The notes: a model not told the origin generated them from the letters alone. Positions 1-9,554 are shown, counted from the stretch's first letter. The stretch: 64,000 nucleotides of DNA from a bacterium (GCA_963693015.1 OY843748.1:7449-71448); one strand, 5' to 3'. Made by a program: numbers and translations.

Positions 1-133
1 CGCGACGTTACTTTGTCGCACAACACCTTCGGCAACGGATACAGGATAGGATCAATTTTTCATGAAGTCAAGGCAGGATACGGTGACCCTGAACGCGGGG
101 AGTGGGGATCATGGACTGGTCTCCACGGGCGGA

Positions 134-184
134 TTATTGTAATATTGAGCTACGGTTGGCTTATTGTAGATTGCGCTACGGCTG
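134..184. repeat. degenerate 27-bp-period tandem duplication
   Basis: ttattgtaatattgagctacggttg (134-158) vs ttattgtagattgcgctacggctg (161-184). Confidence 0.6.
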
Positions 185-250
185 TTTTGAACGCTGTCCG
201 TTGTGTTGCAGACCGTACTTTACGTATCCTGATGAGTACCGGAAGAGGAA

Positions 251-604
251 ATGAATGCCAGATTGTTCATCGGTAAAACCGTCCATGTCCGAATAGATCG
301 ACCCCTGGGATCCAGGCATCCCGAACATGACTTCGTCTACCCGGTGAATTACGGATTTGTACCCGGCGTACCAGGACTGGATGGCGAAGAGCTGGATGCC
401 TACGTGCTGGGCGTGGACGAACCGGTCGAGTGTTTCACGGGCCGATGTATCGCGGTGATTCAGAGATCGGATGACGCGGACGACAAACTCGTGGTCGTGC
501 CCGGGGGCGAGAGTTTCACCGATGAGCAGATCCGCGACCTCACGGCGTTCCAGGAACAGTTCTTCGAGTCGTCCATAACACGAGACGGTTTAGAATCCCC
601 ATGA
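251..604 (+). CDS. small family I inorganic pyrophosphatase-like protein
   Basis: YPVNYGFVP..DGEELDAYVLG and DDKLVV motifs typical of PPase-like proteins; GAGG RBS upstream. Confidence 0.8.
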   Translation: MNARLFIGKTVHVRIDRPLGSRHPEHDFVYPVNYGFVPGVPGLDGEELDAYVLGVDEPVECFTGRCIAVIQRSDDADDKLVVVPGGESFTDEQIRDLTAFQEQFFESSITRDGLESP

Positions 605-1047
605 GCGAAGTCCCCGCTAAGCCACCCGTGCTCTACCATGGCAGCTACGAAGAGCTTACTCGTCTCGAACCACGACCCGCGCACGGGGTGGGACCGGACG
701 AAGACCAGCTGACCGCGGTCTATGCCACCCACCTGAAGAAACTCGCCATCGCCTTCTCGATTCCCATATTGCCGAACGAAAACGGGGGATTCGGTTTCGG
801 CGTAGATCTCGGCATAGAACGCCCCGAGGACTTGAATGAAGACATCGAACCCCGTATCGATCTGGAAGCCGGCGTGCTCGACCTGGAAAGGCCGGGTTAC
901 GTGTATGTCCTGCCACCTGATTCCTTTGAACAGGTCGATCCGTGGCAATGGGCATCCTGCGAACCCGTCAAGCCGGTCGACGTGATCCGCATCGACCCGA
1001 AGCAGTACGCCCACTGGATTCGCGACAAGAGACCAGGCGGGTCCTGA
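601..1047 (+). CDS. hypothetical protein, possible ADP-ribosyltransferase-like fold
   Basis: ATGA overlap with upstream gene; LYHGS, VYAT, GYVYVLP..FE motifs reminiscent of Arr/H-Y-type ARTs. Confidence 0.5.
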   Translation: MSEVPAKPPVLYHGSYEELTRLEPRPAHGVGPDEDQLTAVYATHLKKLAIAFSIPILPNENGGFGFGVDLGIERPEDLNEDIEPRIDLEAGVLDLERPGYVYVLPPDSFEQVDPWQWASCEPVKPVDVIRIDPKQYAHWIRDKRPGGS

Positions 1048-1097
1048 CAACTACGCCCACTGGATTCGCGACAGTCGGGCAGGCGGGAACTGAGTCT
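1006..1097 (+). repeat. 46-bp tandem duplication of a gene 3' end including the stop codon
   Basis: tacgcccactggattcgcgaca at 1006 and 1052, each followed by caggcggg..ctga. Confidence 0.85.
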
Positions 1098-1116
1098 CCA
1101 TCTACGTCCAACCAAC

Positions 1117-1151
1117 AAAAAACCCGCATGAGATCATGAAATCATGCGGGT
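1117..1151 (-). terminator. intrinsic terminator downstream of tRNA-Leu
   Basis: acccgcatga/tcatgcgggt stem followed by a T-tract on the minus strand. Confidence 0.75.
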
Positions 1152-1164
1152 CCACCATGCTGCA

Positions 1165-1248
1165 TGCCGAAGGAGAGATTCGAACTCTCACGGGCAAAAG
1201 CCCACTGCGCCCTGAACACAGCGTGTCTACCAGTTCCACCACTTCGGC
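1165..1248 (-). tRNA. tRNA-Leu (CAG), CCA not encoded
   Basis: Reverse complement GCCGAAGTGGTGGAACTGGTAGACACGCTGTGTTCAGGGCGCAGTGGGCTTTTGCCCGTGAGAGTTCGAATCTCTCCTTCGGCA: acceptor stem, CAG anticodon, long variable arm, GTTCGAAT T-loop. Confidence 0.96.
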
Positions 1249-1281
1249 ATCATATACCATTTGTCACAAAACAGCCTGATT

Positions 1282-1310
1282 AATATATTCCGGTAGGCGC
1301 TTGTTGTCAA
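1282..1310 (-). promoter_or_regulatory. sigma70-type promoter for tRNA-Leu
   Basis: TTGACA-17 bp-TATATT on the minus strand. Confidence 0.7.
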
Positions 1311-1384
1311 GCAGCCCTTATCGTCAGGCAGCGCTTGTGGAGTTAGCCGAATCAATGAATTGACCATGCCGATTCGAGGCAGAC

Positions 1385-1882
1385 ATGGCCAGAGTATCAG
1401 ATCGTCCCATCGCCGAAGCCAACGGGTCCGACGGAATCAAGCTCATCGTGACCAACCGGAAGGCGCGGCACGATTACCATTTCCTGGAGACCTGGGAGGC
1501 GGGTATCGTCCTGACCGGCACGGAAGTGAAATCGTTGCGGGCGGGCAAGATCAGCCTGACCGACAGCTACGCCGCGGTCGATAGCGGCGAGGTATACCTG
1601 TACAACGTACACGTCTCGCCTTACGAGCAGGGAAGCCATTTCAACCACGAACCGACCCGCCGGCGCAAGCTGCTCCTGCACCGGTCTGAAATCCGCAAGC
1701 TGATCGGGCGGGTCGTGGAAAAGGGACTCACCCTGATCCCAACGAGGTTCTATTTCAAACGGGGACGCGCCAAGGTGGAGATCGCCCTGGCCAAGGGCAA
1801 GCGGGACTATGATCGCAGAAGGACCATCATGGAACGGGACGCCCGGCGGGACATGGAACGCACGCTGAAGGGACGTCCATGA
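1385..1882 (+). CDS. smpB: SsrA-binding protein SmpB
   Basis: [38 protein letters not shown] motifs. Confidence 0.97.
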   Translation: MARVSDRPIAEANGSDGIKLIVTNRKARHDYHFLETWEAGIVLTGTEVKSLRAGKISLTDSYAAVDSGEVYLYNVHVSPYEQGSHFNHEPTRRRKLLLHRSEIRKLIGRVVEKGLTLIPTRFYFKRGRAKVEIALAKGKRDYDRRRTIMERDARRDMERTLKGRP

Positions 1883-1917
1883 CGGAGCTTTCGCTGAAGG
1901 GGCGTCCATGACAGAGC
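1863..1917 (+). repeat. 29-bp-period duplication spanning the smpB stop and the next start codon
   Basis: cgctgaagggacgtccatgacggagc (1863-1888) vs cgctgaaggggcgtccatgacagagc (1892-1917). Confidence 0.88.
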
Positions 1918-2465
1918 GTACGCGGGGGACGCGAAGCAGGCTGCTCTCCATCACCGGCCTGGCCTGGGGACTGTCTTGTATCTGCGCGGTACTGCTTTAC
2001 GCCATCGTCAGGCTGTCCTCCGTCACCATCGATGCCTTCAACGATTTTCCATTCCACTGGTACCACTGGGTGACCCTGGCCGTCGTGGTGGTCTTCATGG
2101 CGCACTCGGAAGGGTACGAGGGCTTTCAGCGAAACTTCTCTCCCCGTGTGGTCGCCCGCGCCTGGTTCCTCTACCATAACCCGCGGCCCGTGCTGATCGC
2201 AACGGCACCGCTGTTCCTTGCCGGCTACATCCATATTCATTCCGGCCGCCAGAGAAACATCCTGCTGCTGACCATCGGGATCGTAGTCCTGATCATCCTG
2301 ATCGGGTACCTGCCCCAGCCCTGGCGCGGAATCATCGACGCGGGCGTGGTGGTAGGGCTCACGTGGGGTCTGGTCTCTCTGGCGTTCTACGGCATCAGGG
2401 TCCTGGGATCGCGGCCCTTCGCCTACTCTCCCGAGATTCCCGGGGAAAGCGAGGTGAATCGATGA
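1908..2465 (+). CDS. hypothetical integral membrane protein
   Basis: 4-5 hydrophobic segments; operon position between smpB and the next gene. Confidence 0.75.
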   Translation: MTERTRGTRSRLLSITGLAWGLSCICAVLLYAIVRLSSVTIDAFNDFPFHWYHWVTLAVVVVFMAHSEGYEGFQRNFSPRVVARAWFLYHNPRPVLIATAPLFLAGYIHIHSGRQRNILLLTIGIVVLIILIGYLPQPWRGIIDAGVVVGLTWGLVSLAFYGIRVLGSRPFAYSPEIPGESEVNR

Positions 2466-3409
2466 AACGAAACTTCAATAGGCTGCTGGTCGGCTTGATG
2501 GCCGCGTCGGCCGTGCTGATCGGGCTGACCAGCGGGTGCGGGCTGGTCGGGGACGGTAGCGGCGCCAACCGGGACAGACCGGTCACTTTCGGCGACTACT
2601 GGTACCAGGGCAAGGCGGAAATCACGAGCTACAACCTCAAGCAGGCCCGTTACGGCGAGCTCCACGACGGGGACGCCGTGCTCATCTTCGTGACGGAGGA
2701 TTTCTCGGCACAGAAGCAGGTCAAGCTGGACCGGCCGGACGAAGCGGGCGATGATGCCGTCAAGGTCCTCAAGTTGAACGCGCTCCGGAAATTCAATACG
2801 GGGGTCTATCCGTACACGGTCATGACTTCGGCCTTCACACCGGTATACCGGGACCGCCATCCGAAGACGCTGAAAATAACGACGTCCGTGCAGGAATGGT
2901 GCGGTCATGCCTTCGTGCAACTGAACCTGCGGGACGATCGGTACCGTGTGCACCAGTACTCCTATTTCGAAAGCGAAGGCGATCGCGTTACGGAGCTCGA
3001 AGGCGCCATTACCGAGGATGAAATCTGGACGACCATCCGGCTGAATCCAAACGACCTGCCGACCGGCGAAGTCACCATGATCCCCGGTACGCTGTATCAG
3101 CGGCTGGACCATACGGTCTGGCGGACGGTCAGCGCCACTGCCATCCTGATGCCGGACGCGCGGGAGCCCGAAACGATGATTTACAACCTGGTGTACTACC
3201 CCGATCTGAACCGCACCCTGACCATACGGTTCAAGCGGGACTTCCCCCACGAGATCGAATCCTGGGAGGAAGTCGAATTCGCATCGGACGGCACGACGAA
3301 GGAACTCGTCACCACGGCCGTCCGCAACAAGCGGATGATGCTCGATTACTGGACGAAAAACAGCGTGGTGGACGTGGAACTGCGCAGAGATCTCGGATTG
3401 GATGATTAA
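2462..3409 (+). CDS. putative lipoprotein of unknown function
   Basis: ATG at 2462 overlaps upstream stop; signal peptide with LTSGC lipobox; YWYQGKAEITSY and QEWCG motifs of an uncharacterised family. Confidence 0.7.
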   Translation: MKRNFNRLLVGLMAASAVLIGLTSGCGLVGDGSGANRDRPVTFGDYWYQGKAEITSYNLKQARYGELHDGDAVLIFVTEDFSAQKQVKLDRPDEAGDDAVKVLKLNALRKFNTGVYPYTVMTSAFTPVYRDRHPKTLKITTSVQEWCGHAFVQLNLRDDRYRVHQYSYFESEGDRVTELEGAITEDEIWTTIRLNPNDLPTGEVTMIPGTLYQRLDHTVWRTVSATAILMPDAREPETMIYNLVYYPDLNRTLTIRFKRDFPHEIESWEEVEFASDGTTKELVTTAVRNKRMMLDYWTKNSVVDVELRRDLGLDD

Positions 3410-3501
3410 GCGCTACCAAGCGCTTCCGTGTATGTTCAGCGATTCCGCGCACTACCATGCGCATCTGCGCGTTTCCGCACGGCAACACGCGAGATCAAGC
3501 C

Positions 3502-3972
3502 ATGAATGACGACCCGAAGTGGCGCGATGACGGGGTGAAGGTCATCCCCGGCGACCGGCTCGACACCAACACCCCGCAGACGCCGGGGATGTCACGGGCC
3601 GCGGCGATCACCCACGCGCGGACCGGAGCGAGCAAGCTCTGGGCAGGCACGGTAACGATCCATCCGAACGCGAAGACCGGCGCGCACCACCACGGCGAGT
3701 TGGAAAGCGTGATCTACGTGGTGAAGGGAAGGGCGAGGATGCGCTGGGGCGAACGGCTGGAATTCGTGGCGGAGGCGGGACCGGGCGATTTCATCTACGT
3801 GCCGCCCTACGTCCCTCACCAGGAGATCAATGCCAGCACCGACGACCCCCTGGAATGCGTGCTGTGCAGGAGCGGGATGGAACCGGTCGTGGTCAACCTG
3901 GACATCGAACCGGTGGAGAAGCCGGAGAACGTGTACTGGGTCGACTCGATCCACCCGGACCCGAACGGTTGA
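3502..3972 (+). CDS. cupin domain protein
   Basis: GAHHHGELES and PGDFIYVPPYVPHQEIN cupin motifs. Confidence 0.88.
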   Translation: MNDDPKWRDDGVKVIPGDRLDTNTPQTPGMSRAAAITHARTGASKLWAGTVTIHPNAKTGAHHHGELESVIYVVKGRARMRWGERLEFVAEAGPGDFIYVPPYVPHQEINASTDDPLECVLCRSGMEPVVVNLDIEPVEKPENVYWVDSIHPDPNG

Positions 3973-3985
3973 CGGGCCGGTGGCG

Positions 3986-4957
3986 CTACCCGTCCTCCCG
4001 GTAGACCGCTTCCCGCAAACCCCTGATATATCCGACGGCGTAGAGGCGGCAAAGGGCTGAATAACCCGGATGGTCGTTGTCCTCGCCGGCCAGGGTCGGG
4101 ACGTGGTCCGGGCGGAGCACGCCCTCGAACCCGATGTCGCGGTACGCCCGCAGGCAGGCCATCATGTCGGTCGGGCCGTCGTCGTGGAAGGTCTCCACGT
4201 AGTTCTCCACGTCCCCCCGCACGTCTCTGAAATGGACGAAGAAGATCTTGCGCTGCGCGCCAAAGTGGCGTATGGCCCCGGGCTGGTCGTCGGTCATGAG
4301 CGCGAAGTTGCCCTGGCAGAAGGTGATCCCGTTCATGGGACTGGGCACCAGGTCCAGGAGCTTCTGGAAATTGTCCACCGAACGCATGATGCGTCCGATG
4401 CCCCGTAGCGGCGAGAGGGGCGGGTCATCGGGATGCATGGCCATTTCCACGCCGTACTGCTCGGCGACGGGCGTGACCCTTTCCAGAAACGCGTGCAGCG
4501 TCTCCCAGAGCTGGTTCTCGGACACCTCGCCCGCCTCGGTCAGCGGTGCGTTCTTCATCATGGCGTGGTCGTAGCCGGTGACGACCGCGCCGCCCCGGGA
4601 CGGGACCGTCGACGAGGTACGCGTCCAGTTCAGGATCGCCATCCAGTTGTAGCACCACGTCTTGATGCCCACGCGGCCCATGCTCTCGACGAAGGTGCAG
4701 ACGTTGTCCAGCTCCTCCTCGCGGCCCTCGACGCCCAGCTTGATGCGGTGCATCGGGGGCGTGCTTTCGATGACGGCCACGTCGAACCCGGCGTCGTTGA
4801 AGTTGTTCTTCATCCGCAGCATGGGCATGTATTCCCAGCCTTTTTCATTTCCGAAGGCCGGCGGCATGCTCGTGACCACGTGGTCGACCCCGATCTGCTT
4901 GACCTGGTCCCAGAGGGTGTTTCGTCCCGTGCTGAGGATTTCAGCGATCTTGATCAT
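3986..4957 (-). CDS. uxuA: mannonate dehydratase family protein
   Basis: CYNWM, HPDDPP, HFRDV, RPDHVP motifs. Confidence 0.9.
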   Translation of the reverse strand: MIKIAEILSTGRNTLWDQVKQIGVDHVVTSMPPAFGNEKGWEYMPMLRMKNNFNDAGFDVAVIESTPPMHRIKLGVEGREEELDNVCTFVESMGRVGIKTWCYNWMAILNWTRTSSTVPSRGGAVVTGYDHAMMKNAPLTEAGEVSENQLWETLHAFLERVTPVAEQYGVEMAMHPDDPPLSPLRGIGRIMRSVDNFQKLLDLVPSPMNGITFCQGNFALMTDDQPGAIRHFGAQRKIFFVHFRDVRGDVENYVETFHDDGPTDMMACLRAYRDIGFEGVLRPDHVPTLAGEDNDHPGYSALCRLYAVGYIRGLREAVYREDG

Positions 4958-5035
4958 GAATATCCGTCTCCTGTTGCCTCTGCATTTTTATTTGGATGTT
5001 CGATTCGTCCCTGTCCGAGCATGCGAAGTCAGATG

Positions 5036-6322
5036 TCACACCTGCCCCCTGCTCCGCACCGGATGCTCGAGCGCCCGTTCGTAGAGATCCGCCCAATCCT
5101 TCGAACCGTCGTCGTGCACGATCTCGAGGTAGACGCCGTCCGCGTGGGCCGGTCCGTTGCCCTGGATGAAATAGCCGTAGGCCCTGTTCATGGGGGCGAT
5201 GTGTATCCGGGTGTCGTCCGGATATGCCACGGAACAGATGATACGCGGTTCGGGCTTGTCGTACAGTTCGCCGTTGTCCTTCAGCCCCTGCACGGTCTCG
5301 TCGGGAACCTTCCATCTTTCCACCACCTCCTCGTCCACCGTCACGCCCAGGCCCGGCTCCTCGGGCACGCGGTGAAAGCCGCCCGCGACCTCGATGGGTT
5401 TCGTCAGGAGATGATGGCTGTAGAGGTTGACGCAGGTGATCGCCGGCCAGGTGGCGTGGGTCAGCACGGCGCCCAGGTGGGCGGCCCAGGTCGTGGTCAG
5501 TCCGTTGCCCACGAGCTGGAGCCAGAAGGGCATGTTGACCTCCGCGCTCAACTGGCCCTGGCGCATCACCTCGGACTTCCCGGCACAGATGACGAAGCCG
5601 TCGCAGACTTCCTCGCGGACGGCGGTCGTGTAAGGCGGCGAGCCGAAGTGCATGGCGATGGGCCGGGGGATGACCTGTCTTAACTGCCGGTTGCCCAGGA
5701 TGTCGGTCTGCGGGATGGGCGACTCGAACATGGCCACGTTTTCGTGCGCCGCCAGCTTCTGCATGACGGGCATGGCCGCGGCGGCGTTCTGCATCGTGGC
5801 ATTGGCGTCGAGGTCCAGCTTGAAGGAACTGGGAATGCCCGTGGCGACGGCGTCCACCTGGGCGAAGATGTCCCACCAGGGACGCTGCTTGATCTTGAAG
5901 CTGGTATATCCCAGGGAAACCGCGTCGCGGGCCTCCGCCAGCCAGTCCCCCGGCGAGGCGTCGATGGACCACCAGGAGATGGGCGACCAGTCCCGCACCT
6001 TGTTCCCGAGCAGCTTGTAGCAGGGCACGCCCAGCGCTTTTCCGACCACGTCGAAGAGGGCCATCTGCAGCCCCGCGCCCAGCGTATCGTCGTTCATCAC
6101 GTCGGCCGGACTCTTCCCGATGACCCGGTTCACGGCGTCGTCGGTAACCCGCGCCCAGGTGTAGTGAATGACCGTCTCTCCCCAGCCCACCAGTCCGGTG
6201 TCCGTGGTGACCCGGCACAGTTCCAGGATCGACCAGTTGTATACCTCCCGCTCGGTTATCCGCGCCTGGCGTTCGGTGAAAGGCACGTCCACCACGATTC
6301 GATCTACATCGACAATCTTCAT
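5036..6322 (-). CDS. mandelate racemase/muconate lactonizing enzyme (enolase superfamily) protein
   Basis: GWGE, ALFDVVGK, FKIK, LDAN, FESP, PGLG motifs. Confidence 0.88.
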   Translation of the reverse strand: MKIVDVDRIVVDVPFTERQARITEREVYNWSILELCRVTTDTGLVGWGETVIHYTWARVTDDAVNRVIGKSPADVMNDDTLGAGLQMALFDVVGKALGVPCYKLLGNKVRDWSPISWWSIDASPGDWLAEARDAVSLGYTSFKIKQRPWWDIFAQVDAVATGIPSSFKLDLDANATMQNAAAAMPVMQKLAAHENVAMFESPIPQTDILGNRQLRQVIPRPIAMHFGSPPYTTAVREEVCDGFVICAGKSEVMRQGQLSAEVNMPFWLQLVGNGLTTTWAAHLGAVLTHATWPAITCVNLYSHHLLTKPIEVAGGFHRVPEEPGLGVTVDEEVVERWKVPDETVQGLKDNGELYDKPEPRIICSVAYPDDTRIHIAPMNRAYGYFIQGNGPAHADGVYLEIVHDDGSKDWADLYERALEHPVRSRGQV

Positions 6323-6355
6323 GAAGCGATGTCCTCCAGTGGCAGCGGGTTACGA

Positions 6356-7174
6356 TCAGATCAAGATACAGGCGATCACAAGCAGGACCATCAGGGGTAC
6401 AAGCCCCGTCCCGACACTGGCGCCGGCCGGCATGAGCAGGCTTTCGGGCGCGGTGATCTCGAGACCGAACAGCAGGGGAATCGTCCCGGCCGCTTCCGCG
6501 TTCATGCCCAGCGAGATGGACACGCCGGCGTACAGGCTGCCGAAGAGGGCCACCACCAGGAGCACGTGCGCCACATGAGGCAGCCGGCCCGATGAGAGAT
6601 CGGCCGGGTCCATGACGTCGTGGTAGAGCAGGCCCCACTGCTTCACCCTGGTGTAAAGCACCGGCAGCAGCAGCGGTCCCAGTATGCCCGCGGTGACGAA
6701 ATTGTTGACGGAAATCAGGGGCGCCAGCACGTGGAAGGGGACGAGCCCGAGGGTGTCCAGACCCCAGCCGACCGTCACGCCGCAGGCGATGCTGGCCAGC
6801 AGCGTGACGTAAAGGTATCGCGCGAGCATGGCGGGGGACCACGCGCCGGGCTCCTTGCTGGTCAGTATGCGCCAGAGCCGGTAGGGAACGTATCCGAGCA
6901 GGAAATTGCCGAGCATGCCGAAGTAGCTGCCCAGCCCGTACGTGCCGCCCATCAGGTCGCCGATCAGGTTGCCGAAGGCCGCGCCCCACGCGCCGGCGGG
7001 ACCGAACATGAGGGAGCAGATGACCGGGAAGACGTTGGCCGGCCGGAGCTCGGTGATGCCGGGAATGATGGGCAGGAGCTTGAAGGGAATGAGGACGGCG
7101 GCATACATGGCTGCCGTCAGGGCTACCAGGACGACCATCCTGGTATACTTCCACATCGTGATGGCTTCTCGCAC
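6356..7174 (-). CDS. ECF transporter S component (QueT-like) with C-terminal membrane extension
   Basis: ELRPAN..FGPAGAWGAAFGNLIGD motif; multiple TM helices; start may be the internal MWKY. Confidence 0.75.
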   Translation of the reverse strand: MREAITMWKYTRMVVLVALTAAMYAAVLIPFKLLPIIPGITELRPANVFPVICSLMFGPAGAWGAAFGNLIGDLMGGTYGLGSYFGMLGNFLLGYVPYRLWRILTSKEPGAWSPAMLARYLYVTLLASIACGVTVGWGLDTLGLVPFHVLAPLISVNNFVTAGILGPLLLPVLYTRVKQWGLLYHDVMDPADLSSGRLPHVAHVLLVVALFGSLYAGVSISLGMNAEAAGTIPLLFGLEITAPESLLMPAGASVGTGLVPLMVLLVIACILI

Positions 7175-7183
7175 GCTACCCCT

Positions 7184-7852
7184 TCAGACGCTCTCTTCCA
7201 GGCGGTTGATCTCGTCGCGCAGACGGGCGGCGTCCTCGTATCTCTCCTCGTCTATGGCCGCCTGAAGCTTCTGCCGCGCCGTCTCGAGGGGGGTGCGTGG
7301 CTGATTCTTGAACTCCACCGCTTCCATCAACTCGTCAGCGGCCACCTGCGCCGCGGGGACCTTGCCTTCTTCTCCCGCTTCCGCTTCCAGTTCTTCGATG
7401 GACGCCGCGAGTTCGCCCTCACCGTTCTCGTCCTTGCTTTTGGGCATCCGCTTGCCCGCCACGCGCATGACTTCTTCATCCACGTAGATGGGCGCGCCGG
7501 CACGAAGGGCCAGGGCAATGGCGTCCGTGGGCCGCGAGTCGATGGTCATGGATTGTCCGTTGGTCTTCACGTGTATTTCCGCGATGTAGAACTGCTGCTC
7601 GCGCAGTTCCGAGATGAGCACGTACTGAATCTCGGCGTCGAAATGCGCGAAGACCGACTTGAGCAGATCGTGCGTCATGGGCCGCGGCGGCGCTTCTTCG
7701 CTCGCGTCGATCTGGCTTTTGATGGCGAAGGCTTCCGCAATGCCGATCAGGAGGATCAGAACCTGTTCTTCCTCTTCGTCGGCCAGCCAGAGTACCGGGG
7801 TGGCGTGGAGGGGATAGGGCGGCCCGACATCATAGACCTTGAGACGGATCAT
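7184..7852 (-). CDS. bifunctional nuclease family (DUF151) protein with C-terminal UVR domain
   Basis: PRPMTHDL, IDSRPTDAIALA; C-terminal ERYEDAARLRDEI. Confidence 0.88.
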   Translation of the reverse strand: MIRLKVYDVGPPYPLHATPVLWLADEEEEQVLILLIGIAEAFAIKSQIDASEEAPPRPMTHDLLKSVFAHFDAEIQYVLISELREQQFYIAEIHVKTNGQSMTIDSRPTDAIALALRAGAPIYVDEEVMRVAGKRMPKSKDENGEGELAASIEELEAEAGEEGKVPAAQVAADELMEAVEFKNQPRTPLETARQKLQAAIDEERYEDAARLRDEINRLEESV

Positions 7853-7998
7853 TGTATGTAATCTTTCTACCCGGCCGGGATCAGCCTGGGGTCTTTATCG
7901 CGGGTGACCACGGGTTCGATGACGGAATTACGCGGCTGAAAGGGGTCAGTCCGCCTGGAAATACGAGCGTCATCGCAGTGGATGTTCGGTATACCGGT

Positions 7999-8028
7999 AT
8001 AATAAACCGGACGCTCGAAACAGGTCAA
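7999..8028 (-). promoter_or_regulatory. putative sigma70 promoter for the DUF151/ECF/enolase/uxuA run
   Basis: TTGACC-18 bp-TATTAT on the minus strand. Confidence 0.5.
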
Positions 8029-8084
8029 GACAAAATGAACGGGCGGATGTGATTTTCATCTCGAAGCCCTTGCCTCGAAGCCGT

Positions 8085-8621
8085 TTATGATCCGTCCCGC
8101 TGGCCGAGAAAGACGCTACGTATGCTGGTGAAGAAGGCGAGCGCCTCGTCCGTGCGGTAGTCCCGGTAAGTCCAGGGCAGCGGGGTAAAGGCGCCGCGGG
8201 AATACAGCAGCGTAACCTCGGCGTAAATCCCGTTCCCGATATAGATGCGATGGCTGTAGTTCTTGGTGGTCGCCAGGACGAGCTGGCCGCTGTTGACGTA
8301 ACCCGGATCGAGGTTCACGCCCCGGCCGGGCACGCCGTCGGACCGGGCCACGCGCGCTTCGAGGTCGTTGCACGCTCGTTTTATTTCAACAAGATGCGCC
8401 GGGTCCACGAGCGGCCCGAATCCGAGGAACTGTTTGACCAGCCCAGGCCCCATTTCCGGTTCATAGTAGGACGAGAAGGAAAAGTCGAAAACCGGACTGG
8501 CCAGGTCCACCGCGCCGTACCGTTCGGCCATGAGGTCGCGTCCCCGGACCAGCATCGATTCGCTCTGTCCCATGACGGCACAGACCAGTTTTACGGGTTC
8601 GGATGATCCGGGTGTGCCCAT
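8085..8621 (-). CDS. DUF4416 family protein
   Basis: YYEPEMG, NLDPGY, LATTKNYSHRIY, PWTYRDY motifs. Confidence 0.85.
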   Translation of the reverse strand: MGTPGSSEPVKLVCAVMGQSESMLVRGRDLMAERYGAVDLASPVFDFSFSSYYEPEMGPGLVKQFLGFGPLVDPAHLVEIKRACNDLEARVARSDGVPGRGVNLDPGYVNSGQLVLATTKNYSHRIYIGNGIYAEVTLLYSRGAFTPLPWTYRDYRTDEALAFFTSIRSVFLGQRDGS

Positions 8622-8789
8622 GCCGAAGAACGCCTCCACATGTCGGGCGTTGCGTCATTGCCACGAAGGGTGCCGTGCTGTATATTGACTCGCCCGGCGG
8701 ACCGGAACCGGCCGGCCGACCGACTGAAAACAGATACCGGTTCCGGGCGGGTATTGTCAACGCTAAACGGCAAATGCACAGGAGCGCAA

Positions 8790-9554
8790 ATGAATCTCGA
8801 GCGGTTCTCACTCAAGGGTAGGGTCGCCATCGTGACCGGCGCGGGAACGGGCATCGGACAGGGGATCGCGACGGCCATGGCCGAATCGGGCGCCCGGGTC
8901 GTGCTGGCGGGCCGGACCCGGTCCAGACTCGAAGAGACGGAAGAAATAATCGGCCGTTTCGGCGGCGAAGCGTTGGTCGTGGAAGCGGACGTGTCGGATC
9001 GTGACGGCCGGGAAGCCCTGGTGGCCGCTGTCCTGGAGGCGTGGAAGCAGATCGACGTCCTGGTCAACAACGCGGGGGTAAACGTGCGCACGCCGCCGGA
9101 GGACTACCGCGAGGAGGACTGGGACCAGGTCGTGAATACCAATCTGAAAGGCACCTTCTTTCTCACCCAGCTCGTGGCCCGGCACATGATCGAGCGGAAG
9201 TACGGCAAGATCATTCACATCGCTTCGCTGGCCACGATCACCGGCATCCCCCTGATACCGGCCTACACGGCCGCCAAGGGCGGCGTCGGTTCGCTGACCT
9301 ACCAGCTGGCCATCGACTGGGCCCGGTACAACATCAACGTGAACTCCATCTGCCCGGGATACATCCGGACGCCGCTGACCCGGCCCGTCGAGGAAAGCGA
9401 GCGGGGCGCCTACATCCTGAACCGCGTGCCTGCCGGCCGCTGGGGCGAACCGGAGGATATCGCCGGCACCGCCGTGTTCCTGGCGTCGCCGGCCTCGGAT
9501 TTCCTCACCGGACAACTGATCGTGGTGGATGGCGGGTGGATGGCGGGCGGATAA
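8790..9554 (+). CDS. SDR oxidoreductase (KduD/gluconate 5-dehydrogenase-like)
   Basis: TGAGTGIG, NNAG, YTAAK, VDGGW; AGGAG RBS. Confidence 0.88.
   Translation: MNLERFSLKGRVAIVTGAGTGIGQGIATAMAESGARVVLAGRTRSRLEETEEIIGRFGGEALVVEADVSDRDGREALVAAVLEAWKQIDVLVNNAGVNVRTPPEDYREEDWDQVVNTNLKGTFFLTQLVARHMIERKYGKIIHIASLATITGIPLIPAYTAAKGGVGSLTYQLAIDWARYNINVNSICPGYIRTPLTRPVEESERGAYILNRVPAGRWGEPEDIAGTAVFLASPASDFLTGQLIVVDGGWMAGG

Noticed and set aside
226-252. CTGATGA...GAAA resembling a hammerhead ribozyme core
   Set aside because: No stem II closing C before GAAA and no stems I/III; the GAGGAAA is simply the RBS of the next gene.
1051-1384. tmRNA (ssrA) or an integrated element near smpB/tRNA-Leu
   Set aside because: No tmRNA tRNA-like ends, no integrase, and no duplicated tRNA 3' end visible in the window.
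4433-7861. Long alternative-frame ORFs (e.g. 4941-7154, 4433-5683, 6620-7861) and similar ones window-wide
   Set aside because: Arg/Pro/Gly-rich shadows overlapping well-supported genes, as expected in high-GC DNA.
7880-7915. preQ1 riboswitch for the QueT-like gene (CGTGG..CCGCG ATAAAG on the minus strand)
   Set aside because: Loop too short and lacks the conserved preQ1-I loop and A-rich tail; also not directly upstream of the S component.
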